This document shows, in pieces, positions 20,084-29,745 of a stretch of 64,000 nt of DNA. Source of the stretch: Nitrososphaeria archaeon (GTDB taxonomy: Archaea > Thermoproteota > Nitrososphaeria > JACIWG01). The notes beneath the pieces were generated by a model. That model was not told where the DNA came from. It was given only the letters and a program-made list of their open reading frames with translations, and searched no databases. Within the stretch, counting starts at the first letter, position 1, and every line of letters starts with the position of its first letter. The DNA lies in assembly GCA_963752255.1 (NCBI GenBank), contig CAVVXT010000019.1:81686-145685 (forward strand). The letters run 5' to 3'. The translations under genes and the position numbers were made by a program.

Positions 20084-20691
20084 TTATGCTCTCTTCCTGA
20101 GACGCTGCCATCCTTTTTTTCTTCAAAAATTACTGCATTAAACTTGTAGACCTTAACTCCTTTTTTCAGCCAAGAATCTGGTGTAGCACCAGCCTTCATG
20201 CATACATTTTCAAGATATTCGTTAGAATCCCACCCGTATTCCCCAGCCACCTGTGGCAGAAGAAGACCTGAACCCCATTCCCATTCAAATACTAGGCCAT
20301 CTTCACCTACCTTAATTTGTTGAGGGTATTCGAGAGGAGATTTAACGTTCACCAATTCCAGTGGTGTTAAAACGCTTACTTCAATAAGAACTTTATCCAA
20401 TTCATTCTTTCTCATTGGATTAAATCTTGGGTCTTCAGTTGCAGCTGCTATGGCTGCGTCAACCACTGCGTCGGCTAAAGGTAAAAGTGGGGTTGGGTAA
20501 CCTATGCACCCCCTTAGTTCAGTTACTTTACCTTTTACACGATTTATTGTAACGAATACGCCACATTTTTCAGAAAATTTTTCTCTCACATCTTCTGGAG
20601 CAACATATCTTACTTTGTCGCTCACATATTCTTCAATAGCCTTTCTAGCCTGCTGTACTAGGAGTTTTCCATCTTCATCTGAAAGTTCCAA
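20053..20691 (-). CDS. AMMECR1-domain protein
   Basis: The LRGCIGY motif with conserved flanking residues. 212 aa. Confidence 0.8.
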   Translation of the reverse strand: MELSDEDGKLLVQQARKAIEEYVSDKVRYVAPEDVREKFSEKCGVFVTINRVKGKVTELRGCIGYPTPLLPLADAVVDAAIAAATEDPRFNPMRKNELDKVLIEVSVLTPLELVNVKSPLEYPQQIKVGEDGLVFEWEWGSGLLLPQVAGEYGWDSNEYLENVCMKAGATPDSWLKKGVKVYKFNAVIFEEKKDGSVSGREHNCIVRCISLS

Positions 20692-20708
20692 AATTTGACT
20701 CCACCTAC

Positions 20709-21182
20709 TTACGAATCATTTAATCTTTTCTTAAGTGTTTCCTCAAAATTGCGTATCTTAGCCCAGTGGGAACCGTACCAATAGATTCTACCGCAATTCT
20801 CACATTTGTAGAAAATCCTCTTTCGCCTTAGAACCCCTTCCGGAACCCCCTCCGCTTGTGACTTGCTTATTTTTATCAGCATCGAGTTACAGTGTGGGCA
20901 TCTAGAGCGTTTGGGATTCAGGTTTGGTTTCAGCCTGTAGGTTCTAAATATCTTCGTCATTCTCGAGACATCGCTGTCTAAAGGTGCTTCGACTACAGGA
21001 ATCCTTTCAGAATATGCTCTCTCGATTAGGTTCTTGTCGGAGGTTATGATTATCCGTTCTTCTTTCTGTGCTGTGGCAAGAATGGTGTCATCATCCAAAT
21101 TTGCTTCGTAGAGAGTGTCGAAGCCGTATATTCTCATCTTCCTCGCCAGTTTGCCGTGCATGCAGTCAACTATAAACTTCAT
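20709..21182 (-). CDS. Mut7-C (DUF82) PIN-like RNase domain protein with a C-terminal zinc ribbon
   Basis: MKFIVDCMHGKLARKMRIYGFDT at the N-terminus; CPHCNS ... CENCG at the C-terminus. Confidence 0.7.
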   Translation of the reverse strand: MKFIVDCMHGKLARKMRIYGFDTLYEANLDDDTILATAQKEERIIITSDKNLIERAYSERIPVVEAPLDSDVSRMTKIFRTYRLKPNLNPKRSRCPHCNSMLIKISKSQAEGVPEGVLRRKRIFYKCENCGRIYWYGSHWAKIRNFEETLKKRLNDS

Positions 21183-22492
21183 TTAGGCTCGACTATCTTT
21201 CCATTTCCGACAGAGGTTAGCCCATCTTCCATCGAGAAGGCCGTTTTACCTCTGACGATCGTCCTTTCAACCTGAGTTTCAGCCTTAAACCCTTCAAATG
21301 GTGAAAATTTTGCTTTCGAGAAGAACTTTGAAGGATCAACAGAATATTCAGGAACAAATCGTATGAAAGTAAGGTTCGCCATCATACCCTTATCTATTGA
21401 CCCATGTTTTTTCAATCCAAAAAAGCTGGCGGGATTAGATGTCAGACATCTAACCAAGCTGGAAAAAGGTAGAAATCCCTTCTTCGAGAGGGTGAAAAGG
21501 ACGCAAACAGCCGTTTCTAGACCTGGGAACCCTGGTATCGGATTTTCAGAAAGCTTTTCTGAAAGCGCGTGCGGAGCATGATCGGTGCCTATTATATCGA
21601 TCTGACCTCTCCACATGGAGTTCCTTAAGGCAACCACATCTGAACGTTTTCTAAGAGGTGGTTCGAGCGTACATATTTTACTGCATTGCCCAAGAACAGA
21701 ATCGTCTAAGGTAAGATGTGAAGGTGTGGCCTCAATTGAGAGATTCCTATTATATTCTTTTGCGCTTGATATTTCCCTGATACCATTTATGGTGGAGACA
21801 TGGCAAAACCGTATTTTCAATGGAAAACCTTGACACAACCTCAAAATCCTATCTATCATTGAATATTCAGCTTCCTCGGTATGAGCTTTTGCGTGGTCTT
21901 TTGCATCATACTTTTCATTAAGCTTGCCGATCTTGTCTGGATCCTCAGCGTGTATAGATAATGGAAGATTCGTTGCTTTGATTTCTTCGAACAGCTCTAT
22001 CAGATTTTCTTCCTTTGAGAAATCCATGTCTTCAAAGACCTTATGCGTATAGATCTTGAACCCTACACATCCAGCTTTAGCGAGTTCTCGGACATTTTTG
22101 AGGTCAGTTGGCATCGCGTAAAGTCCCACATCACACATGATCTTCTTGTCCGCGAGGGTTTTTCTCATAACTATACGTTCCGGTGTTGAGACAGGTGGAA
22201 CATTATTGGGCATGTCTAAAACAACCGTGAAACCGCCTGCAACCGCTGAACTAGTGCCGCTTTCAAAGCTTTCTTTATAAGCTAAAGGTCCATCACGAAG
22301 GTGGACATGGCTGTCTATTAAGCCAGGTAGAACTATAGCTCCTTTTGCATCAATAACCTCGTCGACGTTTACTTCTGCCGTCTTCCTTACGACGCCTTTT
22401 ATGGTATCGTCTTCGATTACGATATCTTTCTCCACTATTCTCTCGTGTATCCAAGTTCTTCCATTTATAATACGAGACAGCAAGCCTACCAC
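21179..22492 (-). CDS. pyrC: Dihydroorotase-like cyclic amidohydrolase
   Basis: GLIDSHVHLRDG metal-binding HxH motif and the amidohydrolase fold pattern. 437 aa. Confidence 0.6.
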   Translation of the reverse strand: MVGLLSRIINGRTWIHERIVEKDIVIEDDTIKGVVRKTAEVNVDEVIDAKGAIVLPGLIDSHVHLRDGPLAYKESFESGTSSAVAGGFTVVLDMPNNVPPVSTPERIVMRKTLADKKIMCDVGLYAMPTDLKNVRELAKAGCVGFKIYTHKVFEDMDFSKEENLIELFEEIKATNLPLSIHAEDPDKIGKLNEKYDAKDHAKAHTEEAEYSMIDRILRLCQGFPLKIRFCHVSTINGIREISSAKEYNRNLSIEATPSHLTLDDSVLGQCSKICTLEPPLRKRSDVVALRNSMWRGQIDIIGTDHAPHALSEKLSENPIPGFPGLETAVCVLFTLSKKGFLPFSSLVRCLTSNPASFFGLKKHGSIDKGMMANLTFIRFVPEYSVDPSKFFSKAKFSPFEGFKAETQVERTIVRGKTAFSMEDGLTSVGNGKIVEPK

Positions 22493-22499
22493 ATGTAAA

Positions 22500-23306
22500 T
22501 TACGTTAGAAGCTGGTTGAAAAGCTCCCTTCTTCTAATTACACCTGAGAAGACTCCTTCTTGTACTACAGGATATATGACTAAGTTGGTGCCAGCTATTA
22601 GACTCGATGCCTTCTGCACAGGATCTTGGGATTTTAGCTGCTCTGTTACAAGCGTCATGATGTCGTTTGCCACATATTTTCGCAGTGCACTTTTCATGTG
22701 ATGTATCTGATCATTTGAGAGGTAATTGAACAGAAAGGTTGAAAGTTCTTTTTCGCCTACAACGCCTGAGGGAATACTGTTTTGAACGACAGCGAATTCT
22801 CTCATGTCCCTATCCTTAAGTATTTCATTGATGAGTGAAGAAAGACTGGTTTCGGGAGTTGTACTGTACCCAGTTTTTATGACGTAGTTCTCAACTTTTC
22901 CTTTAAGTTCGCTTGTAAGAAGATAGATCAACAGGTTCTTAGTTAGTAAGCCAAGCACTGTCCCTTCCCCATTCAAAACGGGAAGAGCGCTTATATTTTC
23001 TCTAGCCATAATATTTACAGCTTCACCAAGAGTGCTTTTTGCATCGGTATATGTCAAGCGTTCGCTCGTAAATGCCGCTACGCTCAGGGAGGAGGGTGAT
23101 ATGTTACTGAACTTCTTCGAAGCTAGCTTCATAAAGACGTCCCTTAATGTCACGACCCCCATCAGCTTGTCCTTATCCTTTACAAGAACTCTGTCAAGTT
23201 TTGTCTTTTTTATTTCGTAAAACATCATCGAAATCTTCTCAGATTTCGATAGAACGCTGACCTTCGGAAGATTAAGGGTAGTTAAACTATCTTTTCTTTG
23301 CGGCAA
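22500..23306 (-). CDS. CBS-domain protein (tandem Bateman modules)
   Basis: Repeated CBS motifs such as GVVTLRDV and LPVLNGEGTVLGLLT. Confidence 0.75.
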   Translation of the reverse strand: MPQRKDSLTTLNLPKVSVLSKSEKISMMFYEIKKTKLDRVLVKDKDKLMGVVTLRDVFMKLASKKFSNISPSSLSVAAFTSERLTYTDAKSTLGEAVNIMARENISALPVLNGEGTVLGLLTKNLLIYLLTSELKGKVENYVIKTGYSTTPETSLSSLINEILKDRDMREFAVVQNSIPSGVVGEKELSTFLFNYLSNDQIHHMKSALRKYVANDIMTLVTEQLKSQDPVQKASSLIAGTNLVIYPVVQEGVFSGVIRRRELFNQLLT

Positions 23307-24141
23307 TTTCGAGTACCTCCTTCTTTGAGAAGATTCCGCTAACGCGTCCTTCTGAATTTAGCACTGGAAGAGCGCCTATATCTTTTGCTACCATTATCGC
23401 AGCCGCATTTTGAACAGTTTCATTCTCGTGTACGATAATGACAGGACTTGACATAATGTCACCTGCAGTCGCTATAGCTATATAGCTTATTTTGTCATGC
23501 GTGGGAGCCCCACCTTTTTGAACAGAACGCATAGAATGCACTTTCTTAATTTGAGAAAATTTAGCAAAGGCCAGGTTGGCTGGGGCAATGATTCCGACCG
23601 GCTTCCCCTCTTCATCCAGCACTATGACACGATGAGGTGGGGTTTTAAACAGTAAATCTATTACGTGGTTTACACTATGGAAAGGGGTGGTAAATGCAAC
23701 ATCCCTGTACATGAAATTCTTCACCACCATGCCTGATCGTGGAAACTGGGATACATATTTTGTTATATCGTGAGTTGTTATAATCCCCGCAAGTCTTCCG
23801 TCCCATGTCACTGGCACACCTCCAATATTCTTCTCCAACATCAGCCTTGCCGCTTCACTTATTTCTTCACTATATTCCACCGTCAAGACCTTCCGCTCCA
23901 TAAAATGTCGAACCAGTAGCCGATCTATCGGTCTAACTTTAGATGAAGGCTTTGGCACTCGAAATGCTCCCGCTAGATCCTCCCTTGTTATTATACCGAC
24001 GATCTTATCCCCTTCCAGAACCACTAGTCTTCCTATTTTCTTTGAAAGCATCAAATTTTTTACTCTTGCCAAGGTATCATTAGGCCCTATGACAAAAACA
24101 TCTTTAGTCATAAAATCGTTTACTGAAGTCAAACTTAACAC
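23287..24141 (-). CDS. CBS-domain protein (four CBS motifs)
   Basis: GRLVVLEGDKIVGIITREDL, GGVPVTWDGRLAGIITTHDI, VIVLDEEGKPVGII and ALPVLNSEGRVSGIFS. Confidence 0.8.
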   Translation of the reverse strand: MLSLTSVNDFMTKDVFVIGPNDTLARVKNLMLSKKIGRLVVLEGDKIVGIITREDLAGAFRVPKPSSKVRPIDRLLVRHFMERKVLTVEYSEEISEAARLMLEKNIGGVPVTWDGRLAGIITTHDITKYVSQFPRSGMVVKNFMYRDVAFTTPFHSVNHVIDLLFKTPPHRVIVLDEEGKPVGIIAPANLAFAKFSQIKKVHSMRSVQKGGAPTHDKISYIAIATAGDIMSSPVIIVHENETVQNAAAIMVAKDIGALPVLNSEGRVSGIFSKKEVLEIAAKKR

Positions 24142-24238
24142 TTATAATTAAAACGATAGGTTGTTAAAAACTGTTTCTATCTTAGAATTTCTTGTAGCGG
24201 GCTAACCAAGGGTTTTTTAGCAAGGTTTTACTATATAC

Positions 24239-24802
24239 TCATTCAGATCTACATTCATCGCAAAGATATTTATCGTCCACTTCAACCAGTGTGTCAGACC
24301 ATCTTGAACAGATGTCGCAGTAACCCGCCATGTAGATAGACCCTTTCTGGGATTCAGAAAATGAAGTTTCGATGTTTAGTCTCTCTGAGAATATTTCTAT
24401 AAGCTCTGGCGTTATCGCTATAATGTCCCAGACGGACAATATACCCTCAAGGTTTCCTCGATATGTAACTCCGACACGTTTCACCTTCTTCTTCCTCATG
24501 TACTTTACAGCATCAATGACCTTTGCCTCGCTCTCGACCGTGTAAATTGGTGTGCTCATTATTTCCCTTGCCTTTGTCTTGTCAGGATCTAGACCGCTTG
24601 AAACAACACGATAAATTATATCGCCATCGGTCACCATACCTATAGGCAGCTTGTTCTCTACTATGACTATGCTACCAACGCTGCTTTCAGTCATCTTTTG
24701 AGCTATCTGTCTAACGGTTTCGTCAGGACCTCCGGTAATAACTGGGCTGTTCATCACTTCCCTAACAGTTATATTTGCAGGATTAGTCGCACTAGATTCC
24801 AT
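24239..24802 (-). CDS. CBS-pair protein with a C-terminal zinc ribbon
   Basis: Two CBS motifs, then CDICSRW ... CDECRSE. Confidence 0.7.
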   Translation of the reverse strand: MESSATNPANITVREVMNSPVITGGPDETVRQIAQKMTESSVGSIVIVENKLPIGMVTDGDIIYRVVSSGLDPDKTKAREIMSTPIYTVESEAKVIDAVKYMRKKKVKRVGVTYRGNLEGILSVWDIIAITPELIEIFSERLNIETSFSESQKGSIYMAGYCDICSRWSDTLVEVDDKYLCDECRSE

Positions 24803-24851
24803 GAATACCTTGTCAACGCTTGGTTAGGAACAGGAGTAGAAAAATATTTCC

Positions 24852-25922
24852 TTACGATTTGATCTTACATCCTCCCGGAGGTAGAGATAGAGTGAAATCT
24901 TCTAATGGAATGTTTCTTACATCCTCTAAGGAGTTCATCTTTTCCAAGAGAACTGCTTTGATCTTCTTTGCAGCATAGTTCTTTTCCTCTCTCCCTGGCA
25001 GAATCTGAACATATGCTTCAGCGTATGCTTTTACGGCCCCCATTGGCCCGCTTACGACAGAATAGTGGTCCTTAACCTTTGTTATTGCAACGGCAAGTTC
25101 GAGGGGAATGTTCTTTACATAATTTCTCTTTCCCGAAATCATGAAAGCTCCTTTGCCTATATATTGCCCCGAAGGCGCTTGCTTTGAAATCTGATCTTTG
25201 AACACCCAGTACGCTTCCCCTGAAGCTATTCCAAGCTTCCAGATGTTACTGAAAGCTACCGCGGCTAGAGCGGTTTCCCTTACACTAGGTTCCGTTGCCC
25301 TTTTACCTTCTTTAATTATGAAGAAAGGTGCACCAGTGAACTCCGCGTGAAACACGATGTCTCCATCTCCCAAATATTTCTTTATTACTGCTTCATTTGA
25401 AGAAGCATCTCTTCCACCTATCGCTAAAAACCCCTCTGATGTACGGAACCAGCGATATCTTTCATACCATTCTTTTTCAAAAATCTTTCGGCTTCCTTTT
25501 ACCACGTTTCTTTCCTTTAATTCTACCTTCTTTTCTATCTGTTGCAGTTCCCTTTCCAATTTTTTTACTGAAGAATCGATGTCCAGCATTCCTTGTGACA
25601 GAACCTTGGTGGCGTTAAAGATTTCTGAGCGGGTCTTCATAGGGTTAAGCTGGTCTAATTCGAACTCGAAGTTCTTATAAGAAATTTTTAGTATATCATC
25701 ACTTAAACTTACGATCCCAGATTTGAATAACTTCAAAAACTGATCTTTGTCTTGATAGTACAGCGAGATACTTTCAATGATGTTGTTCGCGATTTCGGTT
25801 AAAACCTTCTTATCTTCGGCTAGCATTTCCTTTTTCTTATTCAAGCCTTCCATCGTGTTCTTCAGTCCTTCTCTCTCCCTATACATTGGGTGAAGAAGTG
25901 CCTGTTCTCTTTCTTCAGACAA
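24852..25922 (-). CDS. NFACT/Rqc2 homolog, C-terminal part (coiled coil plus NFACT-R/DUF814)
   Basis: YRWFRTSEGFLAIGGRDASSNEAVIKKY ... DIVFHAEFTGAPFFIIK matches the NFACT-R (DUF814) motif. It overlaps the upstream fragment by 61 nt in another frame, and the annotated start is TTG. Confidence 0.6.
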   Translation of the reverse strand: MSEEREQALLHPMYREREGLKNTMEGLNKKKEMLAEDKKVLTEIANNIIESISLYYQDKDQFLKLFKSGIVSLSDDILKISYKNFEFELDQLNPMKTRSEIFNATKVLSQGMLDIDSSVKKLERELQQIEKKVELKERNVVKGSRKIFEKEWYERYRWFRTSEGFLAIGGRDASSNEAVIKKYLGDGDIVFHAEFTGAPFFIIKEGKRATEPSVRETALAAVAFSNIWKLGIASGEAYWVFKDQISKQAPSGQYIGKGAFMISGKRNYVKNIPLELAVAITKVKDHYSVVSGPMGAVKAYAEAYVQILPGREEKNYAAKKIKAVLLEKMNSLEDVRNIPLEDFTLSLPPGGCKIKS

Positions 25923-26752
25923 CTTCTTGTGTACAGCGCGTCTAATGCTTCATTAAGACTTCCAACTTCCTTGATTTCATGCTGGTTAAGGCCAGTGGGA
26001 AAAATTGAAAAGTCGACTGGTTCTTCCCCGTCAACAAAAAGTACCGGCCTAATTTTGAAGTCTTCTGAGAAAAAACCATGTATAGCTGTAATAAGCGACC
26101 TTAGTGTCTGTTCGCCGATCTCTTTCCCAGTCGAACCAGCTGGCAAGTTGAGGAGAGCTGGAAGAGTATCGATATATTTTTTGGGGAGGGAAAGGTTTTT
26201 CCCTAGCCATTTCCTAAAATCTTCTTGGTATCCAAGAAGAGGTTTAAAAAATTCTTCATCGACCGCAAGGGGGTCGGCTCCTCTCTGTGGTGGGGGAATA
26301 TACTTAGCTCCTAGGGCTATTCTCCTATGTTTTGTTTCACGATATTCTAACGCCGCAAGAATAATATCTTTATCGTCTAAGAGAATCAAGTTTCCACTAC
26401 TGAAGAATTCGGCAACAAGTTTAGTCGCTTCACAACCAATGAATTCTATTACTACTATTCTTTCAGTTCCAAGCTGGGATATCGACAAGATCTTTCCCCT
26501 AGAAAGTTTTTTTCTAAACAGATTCAGAAGGCTGTCAGTGCTTTCTCCTTCAAGCTTAGCTTCTGTAACCCAGATCGCACGCCCGCGGTTTAAAACAAGC
26601 CTTCTTTCTGGGTTTGAAGGATGGTGTAGCCTAATAAGTAATGTGCCTTCAACGACCCAGTAAACGTTGTTAACATAATAATCCTTAAGACTATCATTTA
26701 ACCACCTGACTTGGTGAAAGAGTTCTATGTTGCTTAGCGCAGGGGTGCTCAT
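25862..26752 (-). CDS. NFACT/Rqc2 (NEMF, FbpA-like) homolog, N-terminal part (NFACT-N)
   Basis: N-terminal NFACT-N-like block (VVEGTLLIRLHH ... RRLVLNRGRAIWVTE). Confidence 0.6.
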   Translation of the reverse strand: MSTPALSNIELFHQVRWLNDSLKDYYVNNVYWVVEGTLLIRLHHPSNPERRLVLNRGRAIWVTEAKLEGESTDSLLNLFRKKLSRGKILSISQLGTERIVVIEFIGCEATKLVAEFFSSGNLILLDDKDIILAALEYRETKHRRIALGAKYIPPPQRGADPLAVDEEFFKPLLGYQEDFRKWLGKNLSLPKKYIDTLPALLNLPAGSTGKEIGEQTLRSLITAIHGFFSEDFKIRPVLFVDGEEPVDFSIFPTGLNQHEIKEVGSLNEALDALYTRSCLKKENRHFFTQCIGREKD

Positions 26753-26770
26753 CTTGGAGGCCGTGGGGAT

Positions 26771-27055
26771 ATGTTAACAGACAGCAATAAACTATTCTGG
26801 ATTAGAGCCATCTTTGCAGTATTATCAGGGTACGTGTCTGGAATAATGAAATTCAGCGACAGCACCGCCTTTTTTGGTGTGGGTATTATCGTATTCATGT
26901 ATATCTTATCATATTTTATAGGGGAAGCCTTTATATTCAAAGGTAAAAAGGTTAGCAGAAATACACTGATACTCACTGGAATAGGTACATTCATTATGTT
27001 GTCCCTTTTTACGTGGATCCTCTTCTACACTCTGACGTTCTATGGATTTATTTAG
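26771..27055 (+). CDS. Small membrane protein (3 TM helices)
   Basis: 94-aa hydrophobic ORF lying between convergent genes. Weak. Confidence 0.3.
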   Translation: MLTDSNKLFWIRAIFAVLSGYVSGIMKFSDSTAFFGVGIIVFMYILSYFIGEAFIFKGKKVSRNTLILTGIGTFIMLSLFTWILFYTLTFYGFI

Positions 27056-27329
27056 CTCCCTTTTCTATCAGATCAATATATGTGAATAACAGCGAAAAGT
27101 AATCGGAATCGAATTCTGAAAGCCATCCACGGGAGAGTAAGTTTGACATACTAGCCTTCATGGACTTTAGTCTCCCAAGTTCTTCTTGGGTAATATCTCC
27201 ATTTTTAAGAAGACTTTTTAAACAGTTTATTGCCTGTGACGCACCGAGCGAATCTTTAGCAGCTTCCTTAGCTTCTTCCCATCTACCTGTCTGAATCAGC
27301 TTCACAATTTCTATCGTATTGTTTATCAA
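27048..27329 (-). CDS. Small helical protein translationally coupled to the RadA paralog
   Basis: 93 aa. Its start overlaps the upstream gene's stop (ATGA). No motif recognised. Confidence 0.45.
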   Translation of the reverse strand: MINNTIEIVKLIQTGRWEEAKEAAKDSLGASQAINCLKSLLKNGDITQEELGRLKSMKASMSNLLSRGWLSEFDSDYFSLLFTYIDLIEKGAK

Positions 27330-28237
27330 GAAATGTCCCCTGCACCATATTCTGTTAAACTAAACTCGGTGGTCTCTACACGGTCTCCTATTACAACTTT
27401 AGCTTCCCAAGTCATATCTTCTGACCTACTTAGCAAAATCTTCGTTCGAATAAAAGGGCCTATGATATCCTCATATTCTGGGACTAAAGCACTGTCTCGA
27501 AACCTCCTCATACTATTGCTTAGAAGTATAACGATCATGTTATCGCGTGCAGCTAAGTAGTTTAGTCTCATAATAAAGTTCTCCAACGCTTTAAGCCTAT
27601 AGAAGATTATGCTCTTCTTCTTGGCAACTAGTTTAAGTGATTCGCATAAACCGTCGATTACCAGGAGTTTGTGATTGAATCGTTTAAAAGAGTTCTGATA
27701 TATTTTAAAGATTTCAAATTGTTGGGGTAAACTATAGGGTCTGAAGACCGAGATTTTATTTAATATTTCTTTGGAATCTAAACCGTGATATTGTCCAAGT
27801 ACGTTTAGCATTTCTGGTCTAAACATTCCATTGGAGTCGTTGTAGAGAACTACTCCTTCTTTTTGTTCATGTAGAAAGTTGAGCACAATGTCGTAGCAGA
27901 GTTGGATACGAGGAAAATGTTGTTCACTGCATATTTCAGTTATCTGTCGAGAAGGTATGCCGCTTTTAAGCTTTGAATTAAGAGAAACCGATGATATTGC
28001 GATATTGTTTATTTCTCCACCTACATTTTTGTCTAAAACTCTGTATACTCCGCCTACCCTACACTGTAACGTCGAAATAATGTTGACAAGCTCGTCTTTT
28101 TCAAAATATTTCTCTAGGATGTCGTGGGGAGTTAAAAGGAACTGTAGAACTGTGCAAATGTTTCCTTGAGCAAGCTGTCCAACCTTTTCTTTGGATATTA
28201 TATTTAATTCATTTATCAGTGGACTCTGCTCCATCAT
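27326..28237 (-). CDS. RadA/Rad51 paralog with a degenerate Walker A motif (predicted ATPase-dead)
   Basis: It aligns with the window's own RadA. An HhH-like N-terminus is present. MFRPE corresponds to TENTFRPER, and LLVIDGL corresponds to the Walker B motif LVIVDS. The P-loop GEFGTGKTQ is replaced by SEQHFPRIQ. Confidence 0.7.
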   Translation of the reverse strand: MMEQSPLINELNIISKEKVGQLAQGNICTVLQFLLTPHDILEKYFEKDELVNIISTLQCRVGGVYRVLDKNVGGEINNIAISSVSLNSKLKSGIPSRQITEICSEQHFPRIQLCYDIVLNFLHEQKEGVVLYNDSNGMFRPEMLNVLGQYHGLDSKEILNKISVFRPYSLPQQFEIFKIYQNSFKRFNHKLLVIDGLCESLKLVAKKKSIIFYRLKALENFIMRLNYLAARDNMIVILLSNSMRRFRDSALVPEYEDIIGPFIRTKILLSRSEDMTWEAKVVIGDRVETTEFSLTEYGAGDIS

Positions 28238-28297
28238 AAACGCATAGCCTTATACAAGAATAAGATAAAAATAATAATGTGTAGAAAATAGCATAAC

Positions 28298-29155
28298 GTG
28301 TCAAATATGGGAGAGTACGAACAAGTGCTCGAAAAGGCTGTTATGAAGATGGTAACGGAGATTCCACCTGACGTCTTTGCAGCCCTTAAAATTGCGGCAG
28401 GTAAAGAGAAGCTGGAAATCGCAAAGAAACAATTTGAAACGATAATTAAAAGTATCAGCCTAAGCCACACCGGTAGTCTACCTCTATGCCAAGACACCGG
28501 CCTGTTAACCGTTTTTTTAAATGGGAAATATGTAGTCGACTACAATTTAATCAGGGAAGTTCTGAATAGAATCATAATTAAGCTAACAAAGTCAGGGAAG
28601 ATAAGGCCCAATCTTGTCAATGCAATAAGCAGGGTTCCAATCGAAGGAAATGTAGGTTTCGGTCAGCCTGAAATCTACCTCGGAATGGAAAAAGAGGATT
28701 CGATAAAGATGATGCTGAAGGGTGCGGGTTCTGAGAACTATTCTTCCTTAGAGATGTTTCTACCATCAGCAGACATGCGTGAGATAAATAGATTCATCCT
28801 TAAGAAAACTCTCGATGCCGGAGGAAAAATATGCCCACCTTCTATCGTAAGCGTGTCCATAGGCGGTTCACCTGCTGCCGCAGTAATAGAGTCTAGGAAA
28901 GCCTTGTTCGCCAGGATTGGTGTAAGGAACAAGGATAAAGATGTAGCTGTATGGGAAAAGAGGCTTCTTAAAGCCTTGAATGCGTTGAACATAGGTCCAA
29001 TGGGTTTAGGAGGAAAAACAAGTGTACTCGATGTGAAGATTAGCGTCTTAGGCACGCACATTGCAATGTTGCCGGTAGCTTTAACATACAACTGTTGGGC
29101 ACTTCGTCGGATACAGATCCGAAGGGTTCAAGGAAAAGAGGTGATTTTATGGTAA
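28298..29155 (+). CDS. Class I (Fe-S) fumarate hydratase / L(+)-tartrate dehydratase, alpha subunit
   Basis: The PLCQDTG motif and the alpha-subunit layout. 285 aa. Confidence 0.8.
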   Translation: MSNMGEYEQVLEKAVMKMVTEIPPDVFAALKIAAGKEKLEIAKKQFETIIKSISLSHTGSLPLCQDTGLLTVFLNGKYVVDYNLIREVLNRIIIKLTKSGKIRPNLVNAISRVPIEGNVGFGQPEIYLGMEKEDSIKMMLKGAGSENYSSLEMFLPSADMREINRFILKKTLDAGGKICPPSIVSVSIGGSPAAAVIESRKALFARIGVRNKDKDVAVWEKRLLKALNALNIGPMGLGGKTSVLDVKISVLGTHIAMLPVALTYNCWALRRIQIRRVQGKEVILW

Positions 29156-29742
29156 AAGCAAGTTCGAAAGTTAAAGTAATGGATTTGGTAAATAGATCGA
29201 AAGATTTTAGGGTAGGAAATGTAATTTACTTAACAGGCGACATAGCTATTGCGAGAGACCAAGCCCATAAACGTCTCTGTGAGAACGATTTCATCTTAAC
29301 AGATATAGTAGACCTGCCTGTCTATCACTGTGGACCCATAGCAATCCAAGAACGAGGGGGATTCAAATTTTTGGGGGCAGGTCCCACAACGAGCAAAAGG
29401 ATGGAGAAGTTTACAGAACAGATGATTTTGAAATATCATACACCTCTATTCATTGGAAAAGGGGGTTTTGGCGACGTTGGTAAAGCAGCTATAGTAAAAT
29501 ATGGCTCTTTCTACAGCGAATTCACAGGTGGAGCTTCAGCCTATGCTGTATCAAAGATCGATAGAGTTCTTAAAATTTTCTTTGAGGATCTAGGAACATC
29601 TGAAGCCTTATGGATTATATCAGTAAAGGATTTCGGGCCTTTACTTGTGACCCAAGACTCTCAAGGAAACGATCTCAGGTCTGACGTGTACAAAAATGCA
29701 GTCGAAAAAATGGACCGAATATTAGGCGAGTACGGTCTATAG
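29149..29742 (+). CDS. Class I fumarate hydratase, beta subunit
   Basis: HCGPIAIQERGGFKFLGAGPTTSKRME is typical of the beta subunit. The start is probably MVKASSK at 29149, not the track start at 29095. Confidence 0.75.
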   Translation: MVKASSKVKVMDLVNRSKDFRVGNVIYLTGDIAIARDQAHKRLCENDFILTDIVDLPVYHCGPIAIQERGGFKFLGAGPTTSKRMEKFTEQMILKYHTPLFIGKGGFGDVGKAAIVKYGSFYSEFTGGASAYAVSKIDRVLKIFFEDLGTSEALWIISVKDFGPLLVTQDSQGNDLRSDVYKNAVEKMDRILGEYGL

Positions 29743-29745
29743 TTT

